From Octopus sinensis (lineage: Eukaryota), in assembly GCF_006345805.1 (NCBI RefSeq), contig NC_043016.1, positions 31,062,001 through 31,126,000 on the forward strand: 64,000 nucleotides of DNA. The letters are read 5' to 3'. Positions 39,037 through 51,846 of this stretch are shown piece by piece. The translations under genes were made by a program, and so were the position numbers. Position 1 is the first letter of the stretch. Each line of letters opens with the position of its first letter. A model generated the notes under the pieces. It did no database searches. It was not told the DNA's origin and saw nothing but the letters and a program-made list of their open reading frames with translations.

Positions 39037-39827
39037 AAAATATAGTAGCAGAAGATTTAACTGTTTCTTTACTCCACTAAAATTACTTATTGATATATAG
39101 GTGAAATAATAATTAGATTTTGGAAAGTGGCTGCACTATAAAATATAGGCCCCCTGCTGTTATCTAAAGTTTCAAGGCCTTTTGGAGTGGAAAGAATTTA
39201 AGAATGTCTAAAAACACACACACATCCATGGACAGTATTTATTGTCATAATTCAAAAAAATTTAATATCTAATATTTTGTGTTATGTTTAAACTGGCCAT
39301 CATCATCACCACCATTATCACCACAACCACCATCATCATCATCACGATCATCATCTAATGTCTGTTTTCCATGCTGGCATGGGTTGGATGGTTTGATGAG
39401 AGCTGTCCAGGCTCCATGTCTATTTTGGCATGGTTTGGTTCTACAGCTGGATGCCTTTCCTAATGTTTTAGATTCTACTTGTTTTATATTCAAATCAGCC
39501 AGCTCCAGCCTCTCATACCTGCCCTACAACAAGCAATCTTGAAGCTATGAGATAATACATAATTAACTCAAAACAATGTAGATAAATAATCATTGCATTT
39601 GACAGAATAATCTAAATGCTAAGCCACGATATATATGAGTTTTTAGTCATGTGCAGTATATGTTTTTATTGTAGATCATAATATATACTTCTGAAAAGAC
39701 ATGCAAAACATCTGAGGAAATATAAACCCATGAAATTATTCTATAGAATTGTAGGCAGTAACTGGAAGAATATAAAAGAAGCAATTTATTCCCATATAGA
39801 AAATTAGTCTGGTGTTTTATAGAGAAA

Positions 39828-40172
39828 CTAGCACTATGACCCGGCATTGCCGGGTCATAATGCTAGTGCATGCATATACAGCTGTGTGCGTGCGCACATA
39901 CATGCGAGTACTGTCCAGATCTCTGACCAATCACATACAGCTAGCTGGCATTCAATTGGCGTATCAAGTTTTGGGCATTTTGATTGGGTTTTGGATAGAA
40001 AATTCACAAAAAGTCACTTCTATTGATTTTTTGGGGAAATGTAAAGATGTGCACGACCACACTTGGACGGTTTTGAATGACCATAGAAAGTGTGAGCCCT
40101 CTAACTGAAAAATTGTGGATTTGTATAAAGGACACGCACGCAGACATTTTGCAGTTTATATATATAGAGAGA
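39828..40172 (-). mobile_element. Non-autonomous Helitron
   Basis: a|TC 5' end at 40172 and CTAG|t 3' end at 39828 with terminal hairpin. Confidence 0.75.
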
Positions 40173-40755
40173 TAACAGGCAAGAAGAGTTTGCTAGAGAT
40201 TTTCAGCAATATCGTTATGCATGTTACATCATCAGTCCCTATACATTGTTAGTATATGACTCTAAGCAAGCCACCACAATGAAAACAAGCTATCAAAAGC
40301 AGACAAGACATGGTGACACTCACAGGACTTGAAGCAAAAATAGAGAATCAGACCTATTTACATGCACTGTTAAATAGAATACACAATTAAATGAAAACAG
40401 ACCTCTAACTAAATAGAGATCTGCTAAAAATTACATTTTAATGTTTTTAAAGAGCAGTTGCCTATTGTCTATAAATACTAATGTTATATACAAAGATGCA
40501 TACAGGCACATATTATTAAAAAACAAAAAATTATGGGTGAAATGGTCCACAATCCCTATCCATTGCTCCCTGTTCAGCTGCCTGGTCTGTATATGCCATT
40601 ATACTGAGATAATTTGGTTTTGGGCACAGTTTAGTAGTCTGAATCTAGTTTGGTATTTCACTATTCTGAATTCAAATTTATATGCATTGAGTAATTTACC
40701 TTGTATGAGAAGGTAGTGGAATTTACTGAATTGATTGTATTTTCTGTAATTTCAG

Positions 40756-40858
40756 CGGCTGGCTAAGCAACATCGAGCTGGCATCATTTCAGAAGGTGGT
40801 CCACCACCTTTTATACCATTTGGCCCAAGAATGACAAAATCACAACTTGTCAGAACAG
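40756..40858 (+). CDS. TDRD3: TDRD3 coding exon 6 (RLAKQHRAGIISEGGPPPFIPFGPRMTKSQLVRT)
   Basis: tttcag/gtatct boundaries; EGGPPPF.PFG motif typical of TDRD3. Confidence 0.94.
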
Positions 40859-41316
40859 GTATCTTATCAATTTATTTATATAATTTTATTACGTTATTGC
40901 TATGTAAAGCTTTATTCTTGTGACAATGGTAGTGCAACATGTATATAGTATACAGTTAAGAGTGGCCTCCAATTACTGCTCAATTGCTTAAAAAAAATGA
41001 CAAGAATGTTTTTCGTGTTTTGAAAATAATACATTCAGTAAATGAAGACAAATATTTTCTATTTCAATATATTTTCTTCTTGAAGTTTGAAATGTTTCTT
41101 ACTTTTGGATAATAATCTGCTCAGCATTTGTTCCCATTATTACTGCTAATGAAAGCAGTCGCTTTAATAATAAAGAACTGAAATGTAAACACAGACCTGT
41201 TTTTTTTTATGTATAAGCCTTTTGGTAGTCAGTGTAAGTTGATTTAATTGAGGACGATAATATCATCTTATGGAAACTTACAGTTAATGGTTTATTTTGT
41301 ATTTTATTGCTTTTAG

Positions 41317-41453
41317 ATAATTTCAAATCTCTTGAAGTTTCTAAAGAAAAGAAAGAGAGTGAAGAATTTGTAAATCAGCGGAAAGCTACCATTGCAGAAG
41401 CTGTTCAAGCAAAAGAAGAGGGGAAAATAAAAACTTTTGGTGGCAACAAGCAA
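41317..41453 (+). CDS. TDRD3: TDRD3 coding exon 7 (DNFKSLEVSKEKKESEEFVNQRKATIAEAVQAKEEGKIKTFGGNKQ)
   Basis: ttttag/gtatgc boundaries, phase 1 to 0; EF..QR.A.IAE and KTFGG motifs. Confidence 0.93.
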
Positions 41454-41647
41454 GTATGCTTCGACTTACTTTTTCTTCTCTCATTCACTTTGGTAGCTTT
41501 GAAATTGAATTGTCAGGATCCATGCTCAAATATCATCAGTTCAAATTACACTATAAACTATAATGTTGGATTATTTTAGGCAACATGTATAGAAATAAGT
41601 CTCTCACTGATACATCACAGCTGAATAGTAGGCATTAAGAAAGAAGC

Positions 41648-41735
<88 letters not shown>

Positions 41736-42604
41736 ATATACTTTTCATACAGATTGGTTAATTTCCAGAACCACTAAAAATAAGCTTAATTTATCAATGT
41801 TTTTCAACTGTATCTAGAACTGTTATTCTTTTGAACATAATTTTTTTTTTTTTCTGTAAAGTTTCATTCTTTACTCTCATGACTTATGAACCCTCATTCT
41901 GTAAACTGGTTATTACATGTTAGACTGAGCTATTGTTATATAAAGCAATAATTAATTGATGTCAGTCTTAACCACAGCTCTTTTCTATGATTCCTATTTC
42001 TGTAGGTTCTCTTGTATGAATATCTAGTTGTCTTAGAATTATAAAATATAAGTGGTTCTCTTTCAGTTGTTATTTCTTCCGCTGTTTATAAATCAGTCTG
42101 TTAAATTTTGCTAATTCTGTCCTCTGCATAAAAAAATTATTTTTAATATCCTGCAAATGCATATCTGTGTTTTAATTGATAGTAAGTTCCTTGTCTCTAT
42201 TTACTTTCCAAGTGATAGGAACTCATGATAAAGCATTATAAACACTTAGATAGAAAAATTGCTATTGGCTTCAAAATAAAGCTGTGCCAGAAAGCCACTC
42301 CAACATAATTTGTCTTGAGTTCCTATCCCATGCGCAATCTTCTATTATAATAAAAGCAGAATTCTGCCTGTCCATCTGGGACCCCTGTATCTCAGTCTAC
42401 ATTTACTCTACATAGACATATTATACCTTTGTGGAATCAGGATGATCCCAGGATTGAAAGTCTGCCTTTCATTTGGTTCTGAACATCCAGTATTGGGATC
42501 TGATTTAAAAGTATTTGGGTTGCTATTTCAGAAGCTAAAGCAACTGTGAGAGGTACAAGAGTTACCTCCTTTAAGTTTTGCTAAGGAATTTAGTGGTTCT
42601 TTTA

Positions 42605-42838
42605 ATCTTTCTCAGTCATTAGACTGTGGCCACACTGGAACACCGCCTTGAAGAGAATTTCAATCAAACAAATTGATATCAGTTCTTTCTTTTTTATGCC
42701 TGTTACTTTTTTATTGGCCTCTTTTACCAAACCGCTAAGTTACATCCAAGAAAACCCAGCAACACCAGTTATCAAGCAATAGTGGGGAACAAACAGACAC
42801 AAAGTCACAATACACACATGTATGTGTGTGTGTGTGTA
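42605..42838 (-). mobile_element. SINE family A, 3' half
   Basis: Reverse complement of the family A tail, cut at its internal TG repeat by the CR1 insertion. Confidence 0.65.
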
Positions 42839-42839
42839 T

Positions 42840-45283
42840 GGTGCTGAATTCAAATTGGTCCCAAGTTGTTACCTCCCCCACAAGGGGTAACAACACTTTG
42901 GATCTGCTACTTACCGCTTCTCCAGAAACAATCATTAGTGTCACTACCGAAGAACCTTTAGGTGACTCTGATCATTCCATGATCATGGCTGACTTGTCTC
43001 TGATTGGTTGTAACAAAATCTACAACCATCTTCAGACTGCCCGCTTTGACTGGAATAAACTAAACTGGAGCTCTTATTGTACTGAGCTGCAACGCCCAAA
43101 CTGGCTCGAATTTTATGCCTCTGGAGATGTGGACACTATACTCCAGAACATTCTGAATTCAATATGGGCAGCATGTGCAGCATCAGAACTACGCAAGCAC
43201 AAAAAACCACCCAATAGTGCAATTTGGGAGACTGCAGCAGTCCGACTTGCCAGGAAAGAACGCCGTAATGCTGAACAGGAATACAAATTGCACAAATCAG
43301 AGAGAACAGGAAAAAGCGCAATAGGTCAGCCAACCACCTCAAGCAGGTGACAAAAAAGGCAGTGCTTGAATTTGAACAATGCATTGCAGCTAACCCTGAC
43401 AGCAAAGTGCTCTGGAAGTATGTGCACTCAAAGCAGAGACCCCACTCTCCAGTTGGTCCACTTCGCAATCCCCACACAGGACAGATTACTGGCAATCCCA
43501 AAGAATGTGCAGAAATCATTGCTGGATGTTATGCCGGCATCTTTACTGTCGAAGACCAAAATGTTCCATCTTCATCACCACTGACATCGGACTCTATATC
43601 TACTATGCAATTTACACCAGCAATGCTGCAACACCACCTTAAGAATAAATGCAATTATGCCTCTCCTGGTCTCGATGGTGTGTTACATACCTACTTCTCA
43701 AACGCGGTGGGTACTTTCTTATAAGCCAACTTTCTCTATTCTTCCAATTCTGTCTTGACAATGGTGTTACTCCAGAACAGTGGAAAACTGCCAGTGTCAT
43801 CCCTCTGTTCAAAAAAGGCGACCGCTCATCGCCTGTCAACTATCGCCCCGTCAGTCTTACTAGCTGCATCGCCAAACTGATGGAATCTTGTATCAGAGAA
43901 ACCCTCTGGAACTTCTGGAAGTCTCACAGCCTCACCCAGCCGTCACAATTCGGATTTATTCCTAACTCCAGCTGCTGTAATCAACTCATCGAGTTTCTTG
44001 AGGACGTTACCCAAATCACTGATCGTGGATCCTGGGTGGATGTTGTTTACCTGGACTTTGCTAAGGCTTTTAACTCTGTGCCACACAAAAGACTTATGGT
44101 GAAGCTTTCTGCGTTGGGTGTAAGAGACGAACTCTATAACTGGTTGAAGTCCTTTATTTTCAGCCGAAAAGAGGTTGTCACAGTTCTAGGACAGCACTCT
44201 TCACCATATGAGATGACATCTGGTGTACCACAGGGATCTGTTCTTGGCCCCCTTTTATTTGTTGCATATGTTAATGACATAGATGCCAACTTAAAGAATG
44301 CCACAGTGCTGAAATATGCAGATGACATCAAGCTGTACCTCGAAATAAAGAGGTCAAATCCTGTACACTATAGATCTCTATTGCAATCAGACCTGGACAC
44401 AATGCAGCAGTGGATCATGGACTGGTAGCTCAAGCTGGCTGTGGACAAATGTACCACCATGCATTTTGGGAGGAGAAACCCAGCGTCCACCTACTCCCTC
44501 CAGAACACTAGTCTCAAAAAGTCTTCATGTGAACGTGACCTGGGTGTTATTGTTGACAGTGATTTGCGTTGGACAAAACACATTGCTAAAATTGTCAAGA
44601 AGGCTGAGGGTGTCTTGGCATCACTCACCAAATCCTTTGTGAGCTGTTCTCCGGCTATCTATCTGTGGCTTTATATAGCTATGGTAAGACCTCACCTGGA
44701 ATTTGCATCACCGGTCTGGAACCCCTATCTTGCCCAGGATATCAACCATCTGGAAGCCGTTCAGCAACGTGTAACCAAAAGAATACCCTCCATCAGGCAT
44801 TTGCCATATCCTGAACGCCTTACTTCCCTGGGCATGGACACATTGAAACTCCGACGTCTGGCAGCTGACTTGGCAGACACCCATAAAATTATCAACCATC
44901 TTACAAACAATAACTCTGAGCACCTTTTCAAAGTCCACCCATCTAACACCCGTGGACATATTTACAAAGTCAGAAAACAGCACAGCTCCCATGACTTCAG
45001 GAAACATTTTTTCACGCTGAGAGTTGCTGAAGCATGGAACAAACTGCCGGCATCAGTTGTTAGTTGTCAGAGCACTGCATCCTTCAAAACTTCCATGCTT
45101 CCTGAGATTTGCCAACACTACACTTGATTTTCTCCCCTCCATACACATACAAGCATGTATCTGACTCATACATTGTTCGCTTTCCAGACATTTCTACATT
45201 ACTGCATGTACTTTATATGCACTTTCTGACAAGTTGTGGTGCACCTGAGCACTGTATACAATAATTTCATTATTATTATTATA
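42840..45283 (+). mobile_element. CR1-clade LINE, 5'-truncated, few lesions
   Basis: EN end (PTRGNNTLDLLL, LGDSDH), RT (NYRPVSLTS, YLDFAKAF, SGVPQGSVLGP, YADD, ERDLGV), C-terminus (NTRGH, FFTLRV..WNKLP), (ATT)n tail. Confidence 0.95.
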
Positions 45284-45285
45284 TA

Positions 45286-47119
45286 CTAGCAGTATCGCCC
45301 GGCGTTGCTCGGGTTTGTTTCGACCCGCTGGAATTGTAATTTTGAAAAGTAAAAATTTTGTGAACATTTTTCTGGTCGAAATACACCGAAAAGTGGCGAC
45401 ACAGCAGTGAAAAAATCGTAAAAAATAGGGATTTTCATAGAAAAAAGCATCTTTTTGATGTAAATAATTTTTGGTGTTAACATGGCCCGATTTGAATTTT
45501 ATGTTCTACGGAAGGAAGAGCAACCCTTCTTCTATCATACTCTCAATTTTGGTCAACTTGCGCCGCAGGGTCTCGGTGGAGATAGTGTTAGTTGAAGGTT
45601 ACCAAACGTGGCGCACACAGACAACTTTAGCTTTATATAGAGATAAAACTTAAATAATAATTTTTTTTACACAAACGCGAACGGGGAAAAGGGGGTGGCG
45701 AATTCGATTTTTTTATTTTCGTTGAATGAATATAAAAATGTATAATATATGTTGTACATACCTAAATTTTTTCTTTTTCATGACATTGTAGCAAAATAGT
45801 AGTGAATTATATAAATACCAGCAGTACATTTTTTTTTCTGGGGTATTTTTTTTCAACCTCGTCACATATTTGCCCCTTTCAATTTAAACAAAGTCTTAAT
45901 TAAGCAATTACGGCAGCTTAGCAATGGTTTCAATACAGGCGTGACATCTGTATCTCAATTGTTCAAAACCCTTCTAATTTTTTCGCACGTGATGATATCA
46001 TAGTGAAAAACTTTCAATTACGCGCGCTTAGAAGTACGCTCGCAAATTAATACTACCAAAATTTTGAAGTTCGCGCTCCGCTTGTGTGTGTGTGTGTGTG
46101 TGCGTGCTTTAGGTGTACGTAGGTATGTGTTTTTGTGTGTGTGTGTCACTGAAGCCATACATACATATATACATACATACATAACCTCTCTCTCTCTTTT
46201 CTCTCTCAGTCACTCACTACAAAAAGTGAATAGAAAAAGTTCAGTTATTTCTGTCTTTCACTCTGTCTGTCTCTTTACACACACTAACAAAAGCACTTCA
46301 CTTACACACCACACTTTCTGTGTCGCACAACCCATCAAACACACACACACACACACTCACGCACGCACACATGTACATCAATGCTTTCGGAGTGAAATGT
46401 TAAAATATTGAGTTTTCTCGAATTTTGTCTTAATTGGGGGTGAAATTGAAAGAAATTTGTTATGGCATGACCGAATGGAGTACTTTGAAAAATCTTAGGT
46501 AAATTCTAATTGAAGAAATTGTGTGAGGAGTAAATCGTTATGTATTTATTTGTTTCTGTTTGCTGTGTTTTTTTATTTTTTGAGTAGTGGTTTAAGGTAC
46601 ACTTGTAAAGAGAAAGTGGGAGAAATTATGTTGATAGCATGCGTGATCCGTTTTATAGAAATACTTTCAGTTTAGTCTTCCTCAAATCACTCTGTCGCTA
46701 TTTACTCTCTTCCAAGAACATTTTCACTCACTCTTATCTCTTAGCTTGCCATACATTTTACTCATGTATCTATCAGCGTGATAGACAGAAACAAATATTA
46801 CATCGCCATCGCATTCTATTGTCTACCTGTCAACACACATACAGTGAATTAGTTTCATTTTATTCGTTGCACACTGTGTGTGTGCGTTTGCGTGTGCTGT
46901 AAACCAGACTAAGAAAAGCATTTGACATACACACCAGAATGTGAGTTTTCTGTAAATTTTGCTTAATTGGAGTTTAAATTTTAAAAACTGGACCTGGCAT
47001 GACCCGATGCATTCTACTCTTAAAAATGCTAGGTAAATTGTAATTGAAGAAATCCTATATTGTAGATTTCTATAAGTGACAAAGGGAGGCAGATAAAATC
47101 TGCCTTTTATAATAAGAGA
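45286..47119 (-). mobile_element. Composite non-autonomous Helitron (core 45286-45643 plus extension to a second 5' TC end at 47119)
   Basis: CTAG|t 3' end with cccgagcaacgccggg hairpin; a|TC ends at 45643 and 47119; 46680-47119 matches 1118-1502. Confidence 0.65.
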
Positions 47120-47569
47120 TACATTTATATATTTTCCAATTTTAAAAGAACTCTAAAAATTTTGTGAAGTTACAAGTTTTTCATTTAAACTGAATTTAAA
47201 GTAATACTATATTGGTAGGGTACCAATAAATGCTTTATTATATCACTGTCTTTAGTTTTGGACCACAGGCCCAATAAGCCCTCAGCAGGAGTTAACTTGA
47301 AAGTCCTCGTGGAGAGCAGCTTTTAAGCTAGTATATTATAAAAGAGATGCTGATCTTTGTCACTCTGTCTGTAATAACATGTGTAGGGTGAGGGAAGGAG
47401 AGGAGAAAAAGTTGTTGCTGAGAAAGAGAAGGAGACTATGTATGTGAAAGATAGTGTTTTCACCTTAGTAACTAATAAGTTTTGATTAAATATGTGGGGT
47501 ATTTTAAGTGCAAGTCTGTCAACACTGCAATACAGACTTCAAGAAAAATTTATGTGTGTGTGTGTGTAT

Positions 47570-47753
47570 ATAAATGTGACCTCGTGTGTACCGTTGGCGA
47601 TTTTTTTTTTCCTGTGTCTTCCCTTCTCTGGATCTTTCCTTCTCCTATGTTTCCGACGAAGAGCTCCACTCGAAACGTTTAACCTTCTTTCCTGAGTGCC
47701 CAATAATACTATATTTGTTCCACGTCCTCGTGTTGTTGTGTTTTTTTGGATTA

Positions 47754-47757
<4 letters not shown>
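47570..47757 (+). mobile_element. Penelope pLTR-like fragment with minimal hammerhead motif
   Basis: gtttcCGACGAAGAGctccaCTCGAAACGTTT; a related partial copy lies on the - strand at 63058-63176. Confidence 0.6.
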
Positions 47758-47793
<36 letters not shown>

Positions 47794-47807
47794 TAATACA
47801 ATATAGT

Positions 47808-48780
47808 TATTATGTTGTCAAGAAAGTTCTTGAGATTTTTAACCCTAAAATTCAGATGCTCATACCTCAGCTCAAACATAACTTTACTAATTGAAATAAA
47901 CACCATCAGAATCAACACACTTGACAACGCAAAACAAGTTTATTTATGTCAGTAGCGTAAAAATCCTGTGTTTGGTGGTGATGAAGTCGTTGAAGGCGTG
48001 TTTGGCATCGTCTTGGTTTCTGAAGCATTTCTCATGCAGGAAGTTGAGATGCTTGAAAAAGTGGTAGTTGGTAGGTGGGAGGTCTGGTGAGTATGGTGGA
48101 TGAGGCAGTGTTTCGTAGCTCAGTTTGTTCAACTTCTGTAGGGTCAGTTGTGCGACGTGTGACTGAGTGTTGTCACGGAGAAGAACTGGTTCTTTTCTTT
48201 TGACCCATGCTGGCTGTTGTTGTTGGAGTTTCTTATGCATTTCATCCATTTGCTTACAGTACTTCTTCGCCGTAATGATTTTGCCTGGATCCAAAAAGCT
48301 GTGATGGATGAGACTGGCCGCAGACCACCAAATAGTCACCATGACCTTCTTTTGGTGCAACTTTGGCTTCAGGAAGTGCCGTGGAGCTTCGTCGGTGTCC
48401 AACCACTGAGCTGAGTGTCATCGGTTGTCGTAAAGAATTCACTTTTCATTGCAAATCACAATCCGATCGAGAAACAGGTCGTTCTTGTTGCGTAAAAGAA
48501 GGGAAGACGACACTTCAAACTGGCGTTTTTTTTTGCTTGTGATTCAATTCGTGCGGCACCCATTTCTCAAGTATTTTTGTTTTTCCAATCTCTTTCAAGT
48601 GGTTGGAAATTGTCATATACATTACATCTAATTCAGAAGCAAGCTCTCGAACAGTTGTGTGTGGATTGGCTTCGACTAAGGCCCTTAGTTGATTGTTGTC
48701 AACATCCGATGGGCGACCACTATGCTTATCATCTTCAGGACTCTTGTCACCACTACAAAATTTCTTGAACCACCATTGAT
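47808..48780 (-). mobile_element. Mariner (Hsmar1/cecropia-like), 5'-truncated
   Basis: WFKKFCSGD, GRPSDVD, WVPHEL, FLDRIV, KKVMVTIWW, HPPYSPDLPPTNYHFFKHL. Confidence 0.93.
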
Positions 48781-50175
48781 AAAAAAATCTGAATGCTAAA
48801 GAGTTAATGAGCAACTCTATATTGGCTACTTTGACATACATAGAAGTTATGGATATGTTACAAGGAATGAAGTGGGATGAAAGCTCTTTGAATCCCATGA
48901 CACAAATGACCTAACCATTTGCTAGACTAAATGAAAATGGAGAACAAATCATTGTGAATTCTATGTCTTGCCCTAATGAAGAATGTACCACTCAGCTTAG
49001 AGACTTCAGAGTAAGAGCTAGACAAAACCTGAAACACATGACAATATGGAGAAGAAAGGTGCAGAACTATTCAACATCTTACAAAGGAGGGGTAGATAAA
49101 GAACCCTAAAATAGAGAACAAATGAGAGTTTCTCTTGAATTCTGCCATAAACTTCAGACTAAATCTGTGATCAGATGAAGGTACTTGCCAAGTGGAAGAT
49201 GACATGCTGATGGACTGGTACAATAGCTAAGTAATACAGCTGGAAAATTTAGAAGAAAATAAGACATAAGCAACAATATCTGATAGTATGAAGAGAATTT
49301 AAAACATCAAGTATATAAACTGCAACAAAAGAATCAAAGATCTGAGGTGTTCCAGATGACATTAAAACAGTTCCAGCATGTTACATGGGGAAAGTGTGTG
49401 TGGAATGATAGTGGCATCACTGTCAATATTGATCGCAAAAAGGAAAGGGTCATAGCTTCAGTCCTATTGTGTGAATGTTGTCAGCTTACATTCTATACTA
49501 CAGCTGTTGGTTGACCAACACCTTATGAGTGAAATTGGTAGAGAGAAGCTGAAGAAGTGTGTTTGTGTGAGTGAGTTCACATTCCCCTTTGTCTTTACAT
49601 GTGTTTGCTGGCTGTAAACAACAGTCATGGTATCAGTACAGTATTGTTCATTGCTTGTTCACAGTGAAAGCATGTTTAGAGTTTCTTGACATGTCTTGGC
49701 ATTATATGTGATCTTTATAATCAAAAGGGGTACATTCAAATGGTTTCCTTTGCTTCCAGTTAACCATATAACTATGTTCAAGCTGTTTGTTGTGCATGAG
49801 GATCTTGCTTAGAAAACAGGTGAAAAGTATTAACAGAATGGGCATCTGGCAATAGAGAATCTGCCTCAAGAAAATCGGTCTGACCCATGTTAGCATAGAA
49901 AATTGCACATTAAAATGATAATAATGATGATCAAACACACACACACATTATCAGCTTCCAAGTTACATTCTAGACTGATAGACTGAGGATCTCATGCATA
50001 GCACTTATCAAACTATTTTTGACCCTCACTCCTTGGGATAAATTACAAGGTTTTTTTCAGGAATTTTCAACCTAAAAATATTTCATCTCTCTTTTTCTAT
50101 ACATTTCAGTAGTGTATTTTATTTGTTAGTTTTCTCATGCAACAAGTATACTCTTTATTTTAAATTTTATTTCAG

Positions 50176-50407
50176 GCTCTTAATGATAAAGATGTGGCAC
50201 GCTTGGTTGAGATGGGCTTTGTTACAGAACAAGCTTGTCAAGCTTTACGCCAAAACAATGGCAATGTGAACCAAGCTATTGTTTTTTTACTTGGCAAATC
50301 TGGACCCGGTGGAAGAGATGGCAGAGGAGGGAATTTATCTAATTCTACAGGAGGCCAATTAAAGAACACTGCAAAACTGGGTGGCGAAAAACCAGAAAAG
50401 TTCCATG
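50176..50407 (+). CDS. TDRD3: TDRD3 coding exon 8, UBA domain (..RLVEMGFVTEQACQALRQNNGNVNQAIVFLL..) plus RGG-like stretch
   Basis: tttcag/gtacat boundaries; canonical UBA MGF loop and AL..NN.N...A...LL pattern. Confidence 0.93.
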
Positions 50408-50703
50408 GTACATAAAATTATATAATTTTTAAAAATATTTTTGCAGTTATGTGAAGTCTTGGAGTGGATTAACCCTTTTGTTAATACATTTCTAACTCTG
50501 CAATGTGTTTCAATTAAATTCTAAAATAAGAAAGAATTTAAATTTGTTTGTTAAAGAAACTTCAACTTTTTTTTACTTATTTATTGACACATTGTGGTTT
50601 TTGAAACACTAGCTTAAAAGAAGATTTTAAAATTTGTTACATAATTTTGTCTCAAATTGTGTCTATTTACAGGTGATTACAGGTAAATTTAATAAAAATT
50701 TAA

Positions 50704-50931
50704 CCCTTTCGTTACTGTATTTATTTTGAGATGCTGTGTTTCTTTCAATTATTTTATATATTTTGTTATATAAGAAAGAATTTAGTAAAATAACTTAGTT
50801 ATCATTAAGCTAGTGTTAGGAACATAAATTGTGACTAAGGCTTGGTGGAATATTCTAATTCAAAACTTATGAAAACAAGACATTTTACCACAGAGTCAGA
50901 GCCAATTTTGGCCGGGTTAGTAACAAAAGGG
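50704..50931. mobile_element. piggyBac-type MITE
   Basis: TTAA on both sides; TIR ccctttcgttac / gtaacaaaaggg. Confidence 0.85.
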
Positions 50932-51641
50932 TTAAAATTATTAAAATTTTATTTAAGTATTTTCATAGAAAATGAGTTAGCAAATATTCTGGAAATACAA
51001 CAAAATAGTAACATAGAAGAATTGTGTGAATTAGCATATTTTTAATAAATGCACTTAAAACAAGTGTAACATAAATGTAAAATTGAACGAAAAGATGCTG
51101 GAGTTTATGATTAAAGGATAGTACAAAATGAAATAAATTCACATATACATAACAATCAAAAAGTGTATTCCTATACACATACATAATAAAATGAAATAAA
51201 CAGACACAAATACAATGAGTCACAAAAATAAATTAAAAGCTGTCATTGATCTTACTAGTAATTTAAAATTTACAGGTAATTAGAATAAATAGATAGAACG
51301 CAGTTAATTTGAAAAAGTACTTTAAAATCATATTACATACACGTGTGTGTGTAATGATATACCTACCTATCTACTTATCGATGAATTTGAAATTGTTGTA
51401 ATCGCAGTTTGCAATTATGTGCCTTTTCCATTCACCTGTGATCGAGTACAGTCTTTATATGTAATCATTAGTAAATTTTTCTGCCATTCAATTATTTCAC
51501 CTCTTGTAAGTTACATTGTTGTTGCTGCTTTTAAATCTGCCATATGTTCGGTTAAACTGATAAACCTGTCAAAAAAAAGTTGGATGTGATCCTTGTTATG
51601 GTATGGAAGTACTAATTTCCTAATCACATTGTACTCTAGAC

Positions 51642-51846
51642 CAGTGGTTTTCAACCAGGGTTCCGCCAGTACAGTCCAGGGGTTCCGCCAGTACAGTCCA
51701 ACGGTTCCGCAAGAAGTTACTAAAATTTTAAATTTTCCTATGCAGATATGTGTGCATAAGACTATTAAATTATTGCACAGGGGTTCCCTGAGCCAGGGGA
51801 ATGTTTCCTTGGGGTTCTGTTCCAGCAAAAAGTTTGAAAAGCACTG
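51642..51846. mobile_element. hAT (Buster/Charlie-type) MITE
   Basis: TIR cagtggttttcaa / ttgaaaagcactg; exact 8-bp TSD ctctagac at 51634-51641 and 51847-51854. Confidence 0.92.
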
